From a virus (taxonomy: Duplodnaviria; Caudoviricetes), in IMG/VR virus record IMGVR_UViG_3300033521_000722, positions 1 to 42,882 of that record: DNA of 42,882 nt; one strand, given 5' to 3'. Position numbers and translations under genes: made by a program. Position 1 is the stretch's first letter, and every line of letters begins with the position of its first letter. Below are positions 8,341 to 16,807 of this stretch, one piece after another. The notes beneath the pieces were generated by a model, which saw nothing but the letters and a program-made list of their open reading frames with translations, was not told where the DNA came from and searched no databases.

Positions 8341-8350
8341 GAAGGTGCAT

Positions 8351-8821
8351 ATGTTTAAAGACGGGAGCAAGTCAGGGGGAAGACCGAAGGGCACTGAGAA
8401 CAAGAGATCTACTCATGTTCTGTATAAGCTTGAGCATGAGCATGACTTCAGTGTGATCGGAAAGATTGTGCAATTGTACAACGAGACTGAGCAGATCTAC
8501 AAACCCCTGTTTGAAAAAGTGCTAGATCTCATGGAGAGGAAGCAGCCCATCCAAGCTGTGTACAGCAGGGAGGACCGCAACTGGTCCGAAGGGCTGCGCC
8601 CAGCGGACTTTGAGCTGTTCAACAAAGTGAGAGGAGACCTTTGGGTCATCCTGGCAAAACTCCTTGGGTACACTTATCCGAAGCTGAAGACCCTCGAGGT
8701 TGACACTGGAAATTCTGATAAGGTCATTTTCAACATCAGCATTCCCAAGACAGGCTCACGGGGTATAGAGCTGAAGGACGTGGAACTGAGTGAGGACAAC
8801 TCTGAGGAAGTGATTCACTGA
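8351..8821 (+). CDS. terS: probable terminase small subunit (156 aa)
   Basis: Start moved to ATG 8351 (the track's 8312 start lies in the terminator); N-terminal SGGRPKGTENKRST and C-terminal LLGYTYPKLKTLEV are typical of TerS-like proteins. Confidence 0.65.
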   Translation: MFKDGSKSGGRPKGTENKRSTHVLYKLEHEHDFSVIGKIVQLYNETEQIYKPLFEKVLDLMERKQPIQAVYSREDRNWSEGLRPADFELFNKVRGDLWVILAKLLGYTYPKLKTLEVDTGNSDKVIFNISIPKTGSRGIELKDVELSEDNSEEVIH

Positions 8822-9861
8822 TGGGAGTTTCATTCAGGAGCCAAGCAGGGGTAAGGTACAGCGTACCGAGCACGGGTGTGTTTTGGTACGGTAATCTTAT
8901 TTCTCTATCTGCCAGCTCTGCGTGGAAGATTCTGAATGATGTAGACAAAGATACAGCCTGGAAGATCCTAAATGCTTATGGCAAAGACACGGCCTGGAGA
9001 ATTCTAGCGGGGTACGACAAAGACTTCAGCTGGAGTATCCTGAATGATTTAGCGAAAGACTTTGCATGGAGAATTCTCGGGGCAGTAACCCAGGACACTT
9101 CTTGGCGCATCAAGGCTGAGACAGCAGATGACTTCGCATGGAAAATCCTTGGTGGTTTAGCAAAAGATTTCTCCTGGAAGATTTTTGTAAGGGACGACAC
9201 AAATACCAGCTGGCGCATTCTGGATGCCATTACAAATGATACTGCCTGGAAGATACTAGGAGCCAGCACCAAGGACATCGCATGGAGAATCAAGACTGAC
9301 AGCTCTGATGATTTTGCGTGGAAGATACTCGCAGGTCTTGCTCAGTCCTATGCCTGGAAAATTTTAGGGAAGAGTGACACCGATACCGCTTGGAGAATCC
9401 TACGTGGATTAGGTAAGGACACCGCATGGAAGATTCTCGGTGGAGGTACCCTGGACACCAGCTGGAGGATTTTAGATCAGCTCCAGAAAGATTCTGCATG
9501 GAAGATTTTAACCGCTGGTACACAAGATGTTGCCTGGAGAATTGTTGCAGGTCTGATCAAGGATTCGTCCTGGAAGATACTCAATGCTGACGGGACAGAT
9601 ATCAGCTGGAGAATCAAAACAGATCTTGATAAGGATTCGGCTTGGAAGATTTTGAATTCCAGCCCTCTGAGTACTTCTTGGTATGTTGTTGGAGAGGGTG
9701 CAGACGATGAGGCTGGACGATATATAGCATTTGTTATTGAGTTCACAAAGACGGGATACACAGTGTACAGCACCTTCGATGCTTTGACTAAGGTGCTGAG
9801 TTTTACGGCTGATGAAATCCCAACATCATTTACTTCTTTGGACAATGATTATCAGGTGTAA
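8821..9861 (+). CDS. 12-aa Trp-repeat protein (346 aa), putative fibre/solenoid
   Basis: 21 tandem units of D-x-(A/S)-W-(K/R)-I-L-x5 plus one degenerate copy; TGATG coupling to terS. Confidence 0.75.
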   Translation: MGVSFRSQAGVRYSVPSTGVFWYGNLISLSASSAWKILNDVDKDTAWKILNAYGKDTAWRILAGYDKDFSWSILNDLAKDFAWRILGAVTQDTSWRIKAETADDFAWKILGGLAKDFSWKIFVRDDTNTSWRILDAITNDTAWKILGASTKDIAWRIKTDSSDDFAWKILAGLAQSYAWKILGKSDTDTAWRILRGLGKDTAWKILGGGTLDTSWRILDQLQKDSAWKILTAGTQDVAWRIVAGLIKDSSWKILNADGTDISWRIKTDLDKDSAWKILNSSPLSTSWYVVGEGADDEAGRYIAFVIEFTKTGYTVYSTFDALTKVLSFTADEIPTSFTSLDNDYQV

Positions 9862-9872
9862 GGAGAGATAAC

Positions 9873-10349
9873 ATGGCAGCGACCCTTGTATGGAGATTGA
9901 CGGGTGGAGCAGCGAACAGTGACCCTGCTGCGAGTTTAGGTGGAACGGCAAGTTCTGAGGCAGTGAGTGGAACTGCCATGAACAATGTCTTTGATAACGT
10001 GAGTGTTGCGGAAGCATCAGCGGGTGACACGGAGTACCGTGCACTTTCTCTGCACAACTCGGGTGATGCCACTGCGGAGAACATCGAACTCTACATCTCC
10101 ACGGTATCCCCAAGCACAGACACAACCGTTACAGTTGCATTGGACTCTGGTGTGCAGAGTGTCATAAATGAGAGCACTGCACCGAGTGCTCCATCGCTTT
10201 CCTTCTCGGAGCCACTGACAGGTTCGAGGCTGAGCATCAGTAACATCGCAGCAGCTGGAGCACAGAGGGTGTGGCTGAAGCGGGTGACTTCTGCTTCCGC
10301 TGGAAACTATGCCAATGACCTGATGACCATCACGGTTGAGTATGCATAA
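9873..10349 (+). CDS. putative virion structural protein (158 aa)
   Basis: AAGGAG RBS; GGAANSDPAASLGG...FDNVS..E...GDTEYR...VWLKR pattern recalled from phage structural regions. Confidence 0.7.
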   Translation: MAATLVWRLTGGAANSDPAASLGGTASSEAVSGTAMNNVFDNVSVAEASAGDTEYRALSLHNSGDATAENIELYISTVSPSTDTTVTVALDSGVQSVINESTAPSAPSLSFSEPLTGSRLSISNIAAAGAQRVWLKRVTSASAGNYANDLMTITVEYA

Positions 10350-11128
10350 TGTCTGACAATATTTTTTACCCGGCTACAGCTCTGACAGGTGGTGGTGACC
10401 ATGCCCTTGATGGGTATGATGGTGCCTCCCTTGTTGATGGTGATAGATCTCTCACAATCACTACAACTGAGATTTACATCCATCTCTTGGATGATGACTC
10501 TGGTGCTGCTGAATCTTCCCCGGCTGTTATTGCTCCAGATACCAACGCTGGAACAAAGCGATGGATATTGATCTCGAAGTTCAGGGTCAGTGAAACATCA
10601 TCTACCACATTCAAGATTGGTTCCTCTGGAACTATTGAATACAACCAATCGAGCCCTTCAGGGACAGATGTTCTCGGGTATAATGGATATCTCTATGCAA
10701 CCAGAGTATATAATCCTGTGTTTGCTGACTATGCAGACTTTAGGGACGTTGCAGACTTTGCACACTCTGGTCTTGTGTATATTGATAGCCAGCTGGGTGC
10801 TAAGATAGCAACCGAGAACTGTCAGAAGGGGATCATTGGTGTTGCGTCTGATACGTATGGTCACGCAGTGGGGATCAACCCGAAACACGACCAGGTACCC
10901 ATAGCCGTGTCAGGCTGGGTACTCGCATACGTTGACCGAGAGTACACACCGGGGACTGCTCTCACGTCACGCTCTTCGGGTATGCTCACCAAGATGAAAT
11001 GGTGGCAGAAGATCCTGTTCCCGGAACGAATTGTCGCAACGTACTCACGGAGAGAACCCATGGGGACGCTGCTTTACAATGATAAGTCTATCGTTGTTGA
11101 CGGTAGACATTGGGTCAAAGTTAACTAG
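10349..11128 (+). CDS. short fibre/spike-like protein with C-terminal peptidase G2/intramolecular-chaperone-like domain
   Basis: N-terminal LTGG..ALDG.DG..L.DGD...SGAAESSP..IAPD...KRWIL anchor-like module; RVYNPVFADYADF...GIIGVASD...VPIAVSGWV. Confidence 0.6.
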   Translation: MSDNIFYPATALTGGGDHALDGYDGASLVDGDRSLTITTTEIYIHLLDDDSGAAESSPAVIAPDTNAGTKRWILISKFRVSETSSTTFKIGSSGTIEYNQSSPSGTDVLGYNGYLYATRVYNPVFADYADFRDVADFAHSGLVYIDSQLGAKIATENCQKGIIGVASDTYGHAVGINPKHDQVPIAVSGWVLAYVDREYTPGTALTSRSSGMLTKMKWWQKILFPERIVATYSRREPMGTLLYNDKSIVVDGRHWVKVN

Positions 11129-11140
11129 GAGGGGGACATC

Positions 11141-12151
11141 ATGAATTTCTGGAGGGAGAAATCGTTGTGGTTGCCGTTGGCTCTGATTATTTTTTTCGAG
11201 TACATGATTCAGCGTGGGTTTGCAACGTTTGCTAAAGCACCACAGCTTGCAAGCCTCAACATCACGGATGCTCTGTCCGTCTATTTTCTAACGATGTCAT
11301 CTGTTGTCCTGATCGGTGGGATTCTTCTGGATAATTTTTCCTCAAGGAAACTACTGCTGGGTGCGACACTGATGGCGACCATAGGTCTGATAACCATACC
11401 CTATACCATTTGGGGATTTGGTTTGATCTTTGGTTCAGCATCTGCCTTACTCAAACTTGCACCCTTTACAGCTCCGTTGAAGCTGAAGGACGGTGAGGAT
11501 GCGTACAGGATAGCACCGCAAGCGAGTGCTAAGAACTTTGGTGGCGCATTCTTTTCTATTGTAATGGGCACACTCCTTCTCAGCTCCGGGCTGGCCTTGA
11601 GTATGACAGTGCTCGGGTTTATGTTTCTCGCAGTAGGCTTGTGGGCATATTACTCCTTACCTGATGACAAGGTTCAAGGCTGGAAGTGGAGCATCTTCAA
11701 AGATCTCGCCAAGGATAAGCTGTTCTGGTTGTTCATGCTCTACTTCTTTTTCATGAATGCGATCTACTATGTGGCTGTTGCCCAGCTGTACCCCTCGTTG
11801 GTTAAGACGGGTTGGAGCAAGCAGGGAGCCATATACCTTATCGCTGGGAGTTATGTGCTGGCTGGCATTCTGAGGTTCCAGTGGGGGAAAGCGATTGACG
11901 CTTCAAGCCAACGGCTCAAGATGATCTTGATGTTTGCTGGGAACGTCTGCATGGCAGCTCCGATCTTTTTTGCCAACACATACCCGATGGGCTCTTTGAT
12001 TATCTTCACGATCTTCTCTGCGATGAACACCCCGATCTATTGGGCGTATGCGAAAGCGCAGTGGGGTAGCAAGTATATATCCACAGTTATTGGCCTTGGC
12101 TTCGTTTCGATGTACCTTGGTGCCGGGTTGCTCTACGGGAAGTGGGTATGA
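11141..12151 (+). CDS. MFS-like membrane transporter (336 aa, compact)
   Basis: GGAGG RBS; about 11-12 hydrophobic segments; motif-A-like GILLDNFSSRKL and its second-half echo WGKAIDASSQR. Confidence 0.75.
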   Translation: MNFWREKSLWLPLALIIFFEYMIQRGFATFAKAPQLASLNITDALSVYFLTMSSVVLIGGILLDNFSSRKLLLGATLMATIGLITIPYTIWGFGLIFGSASALLKLAPFTAPLKLKDGEDAYRIAPQASAKNFGGAFFSIVMGTLLLSSGLALSMTVLGFMFLAVGLWAYYSLPDDKVQGWKWSIFKDLAKDKLFWLFMLYFFFMNAIYYVAVAQLYPSLVKTGWSKQGAIYLIAGSYVLAGILRFQWGKAIDASSQRLKMILMFAGNVCMAAPIFFANTYPMGSLIIFTIFSAMNTPIYWAYAKAQWGSKYISTVIGLGFVSMYLGAGLLYGKWV

Positions 12152-12930
12152 TTGTCAGCAATAACCTTGCAGAGATAGGACGGTTGGCACGGGAACTGCC
12201 ACAGCCTCTTGGGATATGGACAGTCCACACAAAGATTCATGCTGGGCACAGATATCTCTATGACAAGATTTCCAGAAGGTGCAACAGCATGGTGGGTGTG
12301 TACTTTCTGAACTGGCAGTATTGCAGGGCAATTATTGGTGGGGCAGAGCATATTGATCAGCTCCCCATTGATCTCGAGACAGTTCATGAGCTATGGGAGA
12401 AGTGTGATCTTGTCTGGATTATGGAAGGGACAGATCTCGGGCTTCCTCATGATGAGATACCAGAGAGACTTGCTAGAGCGATTGACCAGCTTCCAGACGA
12501 GAACATTCCAGAGTTTGTGAGGAATGACAAAGGGCAGATGGCAACACTCAGAACCTCCCAGGTTACCAGGGTGCCTCTTCTCACACACATCCCTGTTAGT
12601 GTCTGCGGGGGATCATTGAAGGATGCGTGGAGACCTGTTTATAATGTGTGGCACAGAGAGCAGTTTCCAAAGATAGTGTTGTTATGGGTTGACCCACTAA
12701 CAGATAAGTATGGCAATAGTTACTGCTCAAGCATGCCAGCGGAGATGGTAGCTCGGATAACCAAGCCCTTGCTGCTTCCCCACTTCAGAAGCATTGAAGA
12801 GGTTAGGGAGAACATTAAAGACATAGAGGGTCTGAGTGTCACTTACTTTGTGTATGACCCGATGATGGAGTATCTGTACGCACAGTTCACTGTTGGTGAC
12901 AGGTACTGGAACTTTGGAATTCCCTTATGA
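12148..12930 (+). CDS. divergent PanC-fold (pantoate--beta-alanine ligase-like) HIGH-motif adenylating enzyme 1
   Basis: IHAGH, VGVYFLNWQY, CDLVW, GSLKDAW and DPLTDKYGNSYCSS are collinear with PanC LHDGH, VSIFVNPMQF, VDLVF, GEKDFQ and [13 protein letters not shown]; ATGA-coupled start at 12148. Confidence 0.65.
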   Translation: MIVSNNLAEIGRLARELPQPLGIWTVHTKIHAGHRYLYDKISRRCNSMVGVYFLNWQYCRAIIGGAEHIDQLPIDLETVHELWEKCDLVWIMEGTDLGLPHDEIPERLARAIDQLPDENIPEFVRNDKGQMATLRTSQVTRVPLLTHIPVSVCGGSLKDAWRPVYNVWHREQFPKIVLLWVDPLTDKYGNSYCSSMPAEMVARITKPLLLPHFRSIEEVRENIKDIEGLSVTYFVYDPMMEYLYAQFTVGDRYWNFGIPL

Positions 12931-13838
12931 TTGTTACAACCACCTTATCACAGTTTGTGAGCAGTCTCCCACAGAACAAGCTTATTGGTAGCTGTGGGTA
13001 CTATCGTAAGAACACGGGTGGGCACACACCCGCACACGAGACTGTTATCACAGCTCAGCGCAATGCTGGTGCGGATTATCTATATGCGAGCTACTACGAG
13101 TTCCAGCCGTTGAAGAAAGCCATGGCTCAGGCACTGGGGTATTCTGATGATGACACAAGGACGGATGGTCCCTTTGATCAACAGTACTGTCTTGATTGGT
13201 GTGAGACCCACGGGATAGACTTGGTGCTTGTCCCGGACAGAGCGGACATGTTGAGCGTTTGGGCAAGCCTGGATAAGGCTGCTGCCAAAGCATGGATTGA
13301 AGGATGGTTTGGGAACACGGGGTATAGCCATCCTGATGCAGGTCGATTGATTTCGCTCAAGTACCAGATCTTCACAAACTATGTGTTCAAAGAGATCCTT
13401 GGTGTGCACATAAGTTTCAAGGCACAGAGTATTGTAAATGGGTACCTGGACTTTGCCTTCCTGGACTTCCTGCGGAGGGCTGGCTGGGTGGACAATGTGA
13501 TTACACTCCCGATTGTGTACAGACCTGATGGTCTTCCAGAGCAGTCACACTGGAGCAATTACTCAGCAGCACAGCTTGCGGTATTGGCTCAAGTGGTTCC
13601 CGCAATGGACACTGTTGGGTACAACAACATGGTAGATTTTCAGGCATGGTCTCAGGCCGTGAAAGCAGCTGTGGATGCCACGGGAGCTACGGTGAAAGAG
13701 TTACCAGGCCAAAAAAAGAACAGCCCCCCAATGACCCATATCTATAGCTTTTCATATGGGGCTCAAACACTGATTGAGTTGTACGTGATTCTTCCTGGCT
13801 CAACACAGGCTATTCTATTGACAAAGGTGCTGGCATGA
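12927..13838 (+). CDS. divergent PanC-fold protein 2
   Basis: Degenerate HIGH-like HTPAH, GIDLVLVP, and VITLPIVYRPDGLPEQSHWSNYSAAQ resembling PanC [26 protein letters not shown]. Confidence 0.6.
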   Translation: MIVTTTLSQFVSSLPQNKLIGSCGYYRKNTGGHTPAHETVITAQRNAGADYLYASYYEFQPLKKAMAQALGYSDDDTRTDGPFDQQYCLDWCETHGIDLVLVPDRADMLSVWASLDKAAAKAWIEGWFGNTGYSHPDAGRLISLKYQIFTNYVFKEILGVHISFKAQSIVNGYLDFAFLDFLRRAGWVDNVITLPIVYRPDGLPEQSHWSNYSAAQLAVLAQVVPAMDTVGYNNMVDFQAWSQAVKAAVDATGATVKELPGQKKNSPPMTHIYSFSYGAQTLIELYVILPGSTQAILLTKVLA

Positions 13839-15196
13839 GAGGATTGCTGAACGAATTTTTCAAGAATGATGAGAATGTTTCCATAGAGCTGTTTTCCGCT
13901 GGCTGGTGCAATCTCAACTGCAAGTACTGCTACATTCCAAAGGGGGACTACACCAAGGACGTTCACGCAAAGGTTCTCAAGAGAATCAAAGATGGTTCTC
14001 TGATAACAGAGATGAAGGAGCTGTTTGGTACCACACTCACACGCATATCCCATTGGGGTACCGAGCCAACCCTCACTGTCACACAGTTTGGAGATTTCTA
14101 TAAGCAGGTGGTTGAGGAGTTCCCTAACTTTGAAGGAATAATGTTGTCTTCAAATTTTATGACCAACCCGCAGAACATCATCACCTTTATCCGGGACATT
14201 TTCCCGAGGACGAAACCACTAGAGATAAAGGTTCAGATCTCTATTGATGGCCCAAGCTGGCTAACTGACAACAACAGAACGGGGGGATCGACTGAGCTGA
14301 TCATAAAAAATGCGACTGCGTTTCTTCAGGCTATCAAGGAGATGGACACTCCGCACACAGTACTCACCAATGTTAAATCGACAATGAGTGCTGAGGGAAT
14401 GAATATTCTGTCAGACCTTGAGAAGTGCCGTGAGTATTACCAGTTCTTTGATGATCTGCTTCGGTCTTGGGAGCCTCTAGCAAGAAAGGGACTTGTTATT
14501 CCGAACATGATCAACCCGACCATTGTTGTTCCCTACGCTTATACCAAGCAAGATGGTATCAACTTTGATAAGGTGTTTGTAAACCAACTTGCTCTTGATG
14601 GGGAATATGAGTTTGCAAAGCCATACTGTTATTATGATGGGATGTTCCGCAAAAGAATGGTTACGTCCCAGGAATACTTTGTGAAGGCAAGAATGTTTCT
14701 TTGTTCTGCCGGGAGAAACTCTCATGCACTGACAGAGACACCCGGTAAGCTCGCAACATGTCACCGGGGATTCTACATGGACAGCCAGGAATACTATGAT
14801 GCTCTCGGGAACAGCCCGGATGAGATCACTAAAGAAGGGCTGGATGCAAAGAGAACACAGTTACTTGGTGAGAAGGTCATGTGTGATTACACGGACAGAA
14901 AAGAGCGAGTGAAGTTTGTGTACAGGAACAGAATGATTCATGACTTTGCAAAGATGCAGTCAACTTATGGTGTGAGCCTCTCACGGGAGTTAGCTGAAGC
15001 AGGACAGATCTCAGCATGCTACAAAGACCCAAGGTGGGCACAGCTTCTCCACATGATGACCCAGTTGCCAAGGTGTCATTTAGATGATGTTGTTATTTCT
15101 GGAAGTGGTCTTGTTCAAGGTTCATTTTACTACAGGTTGTTTGGAAACGGGTTTGTTGAAAGAATAATTGAAAGGTATGTCAATGGACTTCAATGA
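13835..15196 (+). CDS. radical SAM enzyme 1 with partial SPASM/twitch-like extension
   Basis: CNLNCKYC; WGTEPT; ISIDGP; CSAG...TCHR; lacks the CxxC-x5-C-x3-C block. Confidence 0.9.
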   Translation: MRGLLNEFFKNDENVSIELFSAGWCNLNCKYCYIPKGDYTKDVHAKVLKRIKDGSLITEMKELFGTTLTRISHWGTEPTLTVTQFGDFYKQVVEEFPNFEGIMLSSNFMTNPQNIITFIRDIFPRTKPLEIKVQISIDGPSWLTDNNRTGGSTELIIKNATAFLQAIKEMDTPHTVLTNVKSTMSAEGMNILSDLEKCREYYQFFDDLLRSWEPLARKGLVIPNMINPTIVVPYAYTKQDGINFDKVFVNQLALDGEYEFAKPYCYYDGMFRKRMVTSQEYFVKARMFLCSAGRNSHALTETPGKLATCHRGFYMDSQEYYDALGNSPDEITKEGLDAKRTQLLGEKVMCDYTDRKERVKFVYRNRMIHDFAKMQSTYGVSLSRELAEAGQISACYKDPRWAQLLHMMTQLPRCHLDDVVISGSGLVQGSFYYRLFGNGFVERIIERYVNGLQ

Positions 15197-15635
15197 GCAT
15201 TTTGTAAAAGCAAGAAAGTATTTTGATGACACGGAGTCTCTTTACACTGTAGGGGACAAGGCGAAGAAAATTTTTCTTACAGCTCTGAAGTCAATGGAGA
15301 TTGATCTGAGCAAGGAGAGCACCTGTGGTGATCGGAAAGAGATTGGCAAAGCCCTCCAGATCATGAGAGAGATTGTTTTGTTCAAAAAACACGGGGAGCT
15401 ATTTCTGGATTTCTGTCGCACATTTCTGGATATTACCTGGAACTGGAATAGCTGTGTAGGTAAGAAGGAAAATTTGAATCTGTCAATTCACTTGCTCCTT
15501 CGGCACATCAACAGCGTTCTATCATATGATGATCTTCTCAATGCCGTAGAGACGGTTGCCAATAAGCTTGATGGGACAAAGTGGGAACCACCATCATTTG
15601 AATTGGCTGGGCATTATTTTGAAATGGTGAAGTAA
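15183..15635 (+). CDS. small helical rSAM-associated protein 1 (150 aa)
   Basis: Likely start ATG 15183 (GAAAGG upstream); TWNWN and WEPPSF motifs shared with 19227..19700. Confidence 0.75.
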   Translation: MDFNEHFVKARKYFDDTESLYTVGDKAKKIFLTALKSMEIDLSKESTCGDRKEIGKALQIMREIVLFKKHGELFLDFCRTFLDITWNWNSCVGKKENLNLSIHLLLRHINSVLSYDDLLNAVETVANKLDGTKWEPPSFELAGHYFEMVK

Positions 15636-16807
15636 TGGGATACGTCTGGACTACCCCTCCCGATAGCGCAGCAGATCCTATCACAGCTGTCTCCATCAAC
15701 GAGATCAAGACGAATGAGGACGACATAGCTGGTGATCTGTCTGTTGTCCTTACGTGGAATGAACTTGATGTCACGCAGGGGACAACGAAAATCTCAAAAG
15801 CCCAATTTGACGAGATGCGGGATAACGCTGACACGCTGGATGACAACAACACTTGCACGTCAGACAACGCTGTTCAAGATCTTGCGGTTGACACGGGGGA
15901 CGACACCGCTGTGAATGCGGGGGAGGATTCAACCGTTGATGCTGGGAATGACCTCACCGTTAACGCTGATGATGATACCACAGTTGACTCAGGTGACGAT
16001 GTGACAGTCTATGCGGACAAGGACACTACAGTGGATTCTGGAGACGATGTTACAGTTAACGCAGACCAAGACTCCTCTGTAGATTCCGCAGATGACGTGA
16101 CTGTCTACGCAGACAAAGACACAACAGTGGACTCAAGTGATGATGTTACTGTCAATGCTGATGAGGACTCCTCTGTGGAATCAGCAGATGATGTGTCTGT
16201 ATATGCAGACAAGGATACAACAGTAGATTCGGGAGATGATGTCACCGTCAACGCAGATGATGACACAGCAGTGGACTCGGGAAATGATGTGACAGTCAAT
16301 AACCCAGCAGACACGACATATAATGCTGATGATGATACAACCATCAATGCAGATGATGATACAACTGTGGATGCAGACAAGGACAACACAATAAACGCTG
16401 ATGATGATACGACTGTGGATGCAGGGGATGATGTCACAGTGTACGCAGACAAGGATACCACGGTTGATTCAGGGGACGATGTTACAGTAAATGCAGATGA
16501 GTACACCTCTGTCGATACCGGGGATGACAATACTGTTTGGGCAGACAAAGATACTACCGTTGACACAGGGGATGATGTGACGGTGAATGCAGATGATGAC
16601 ACTACGGTTGACAGCGGAGAAAACACCACAGCGGATACAACGGATGACTCCTCAAACAACGCTGACGATGATGGAACCGTAGACGCAGATAAAGACAACA
16701 CGATTGACGCTGACAAAGATAATACGATCAATGCCACCAACCAGACAGGGTACGATAGTGACCAGCATGGCACGTATAATTCTTCGCAGAACTCAGGGGT
16801 GAAGTAA
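15635..16807 (+). CDS. Asp-rich repeat protein 1 (390 aa), candidate modification substrate
   Basis: Two copies of a leader-like motif, then 8/16-aa repeats such as DDVTVYADKDTTVDSG; TAATG-coupled at both ends. Confidence 0.8.
   Translation: MGYVWTTPPDSAADPITAVSINEIKTNEDDIAGDLSVVLTWNELDVTQGTTKISKAQFDEMRDNADTLDDNNTCTSDNAVQDLAVDTGDDTAVNAGEDSTVDAGNDLTVNADDDTTVDSGDDVTVYADKDTTVDSGDDVTVNADQDSSVDSADDVTVYADKDTTVDSSDDVTVNADEDSSVESADDVSVYADKDTTVDSGDDVTVNADDDTAVDSGNDVTVNNPADTTYNADDDTTINADDDTTVDADKDNTINADDDTTVDAGDDVTVYADKDTTVDSGDDVTVNADEYTSVDTGDDNTVWADKDTTVDTGDDVTVNADDDTTVDSGENTTADTTDDSSNNADDDGTVDADKDNTIDADKDNTINATNQTGYDSDQHGTYNSSQNSGVK

Noticed and set aside
12148-13838. Calling these genes bona fide panC auxiliary metabolic genes
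   Set aside because: Key PanC motifs (PTMG, SSRN) are altered and no other pantothenate pathway genes are seen, so only the fold is claimed.
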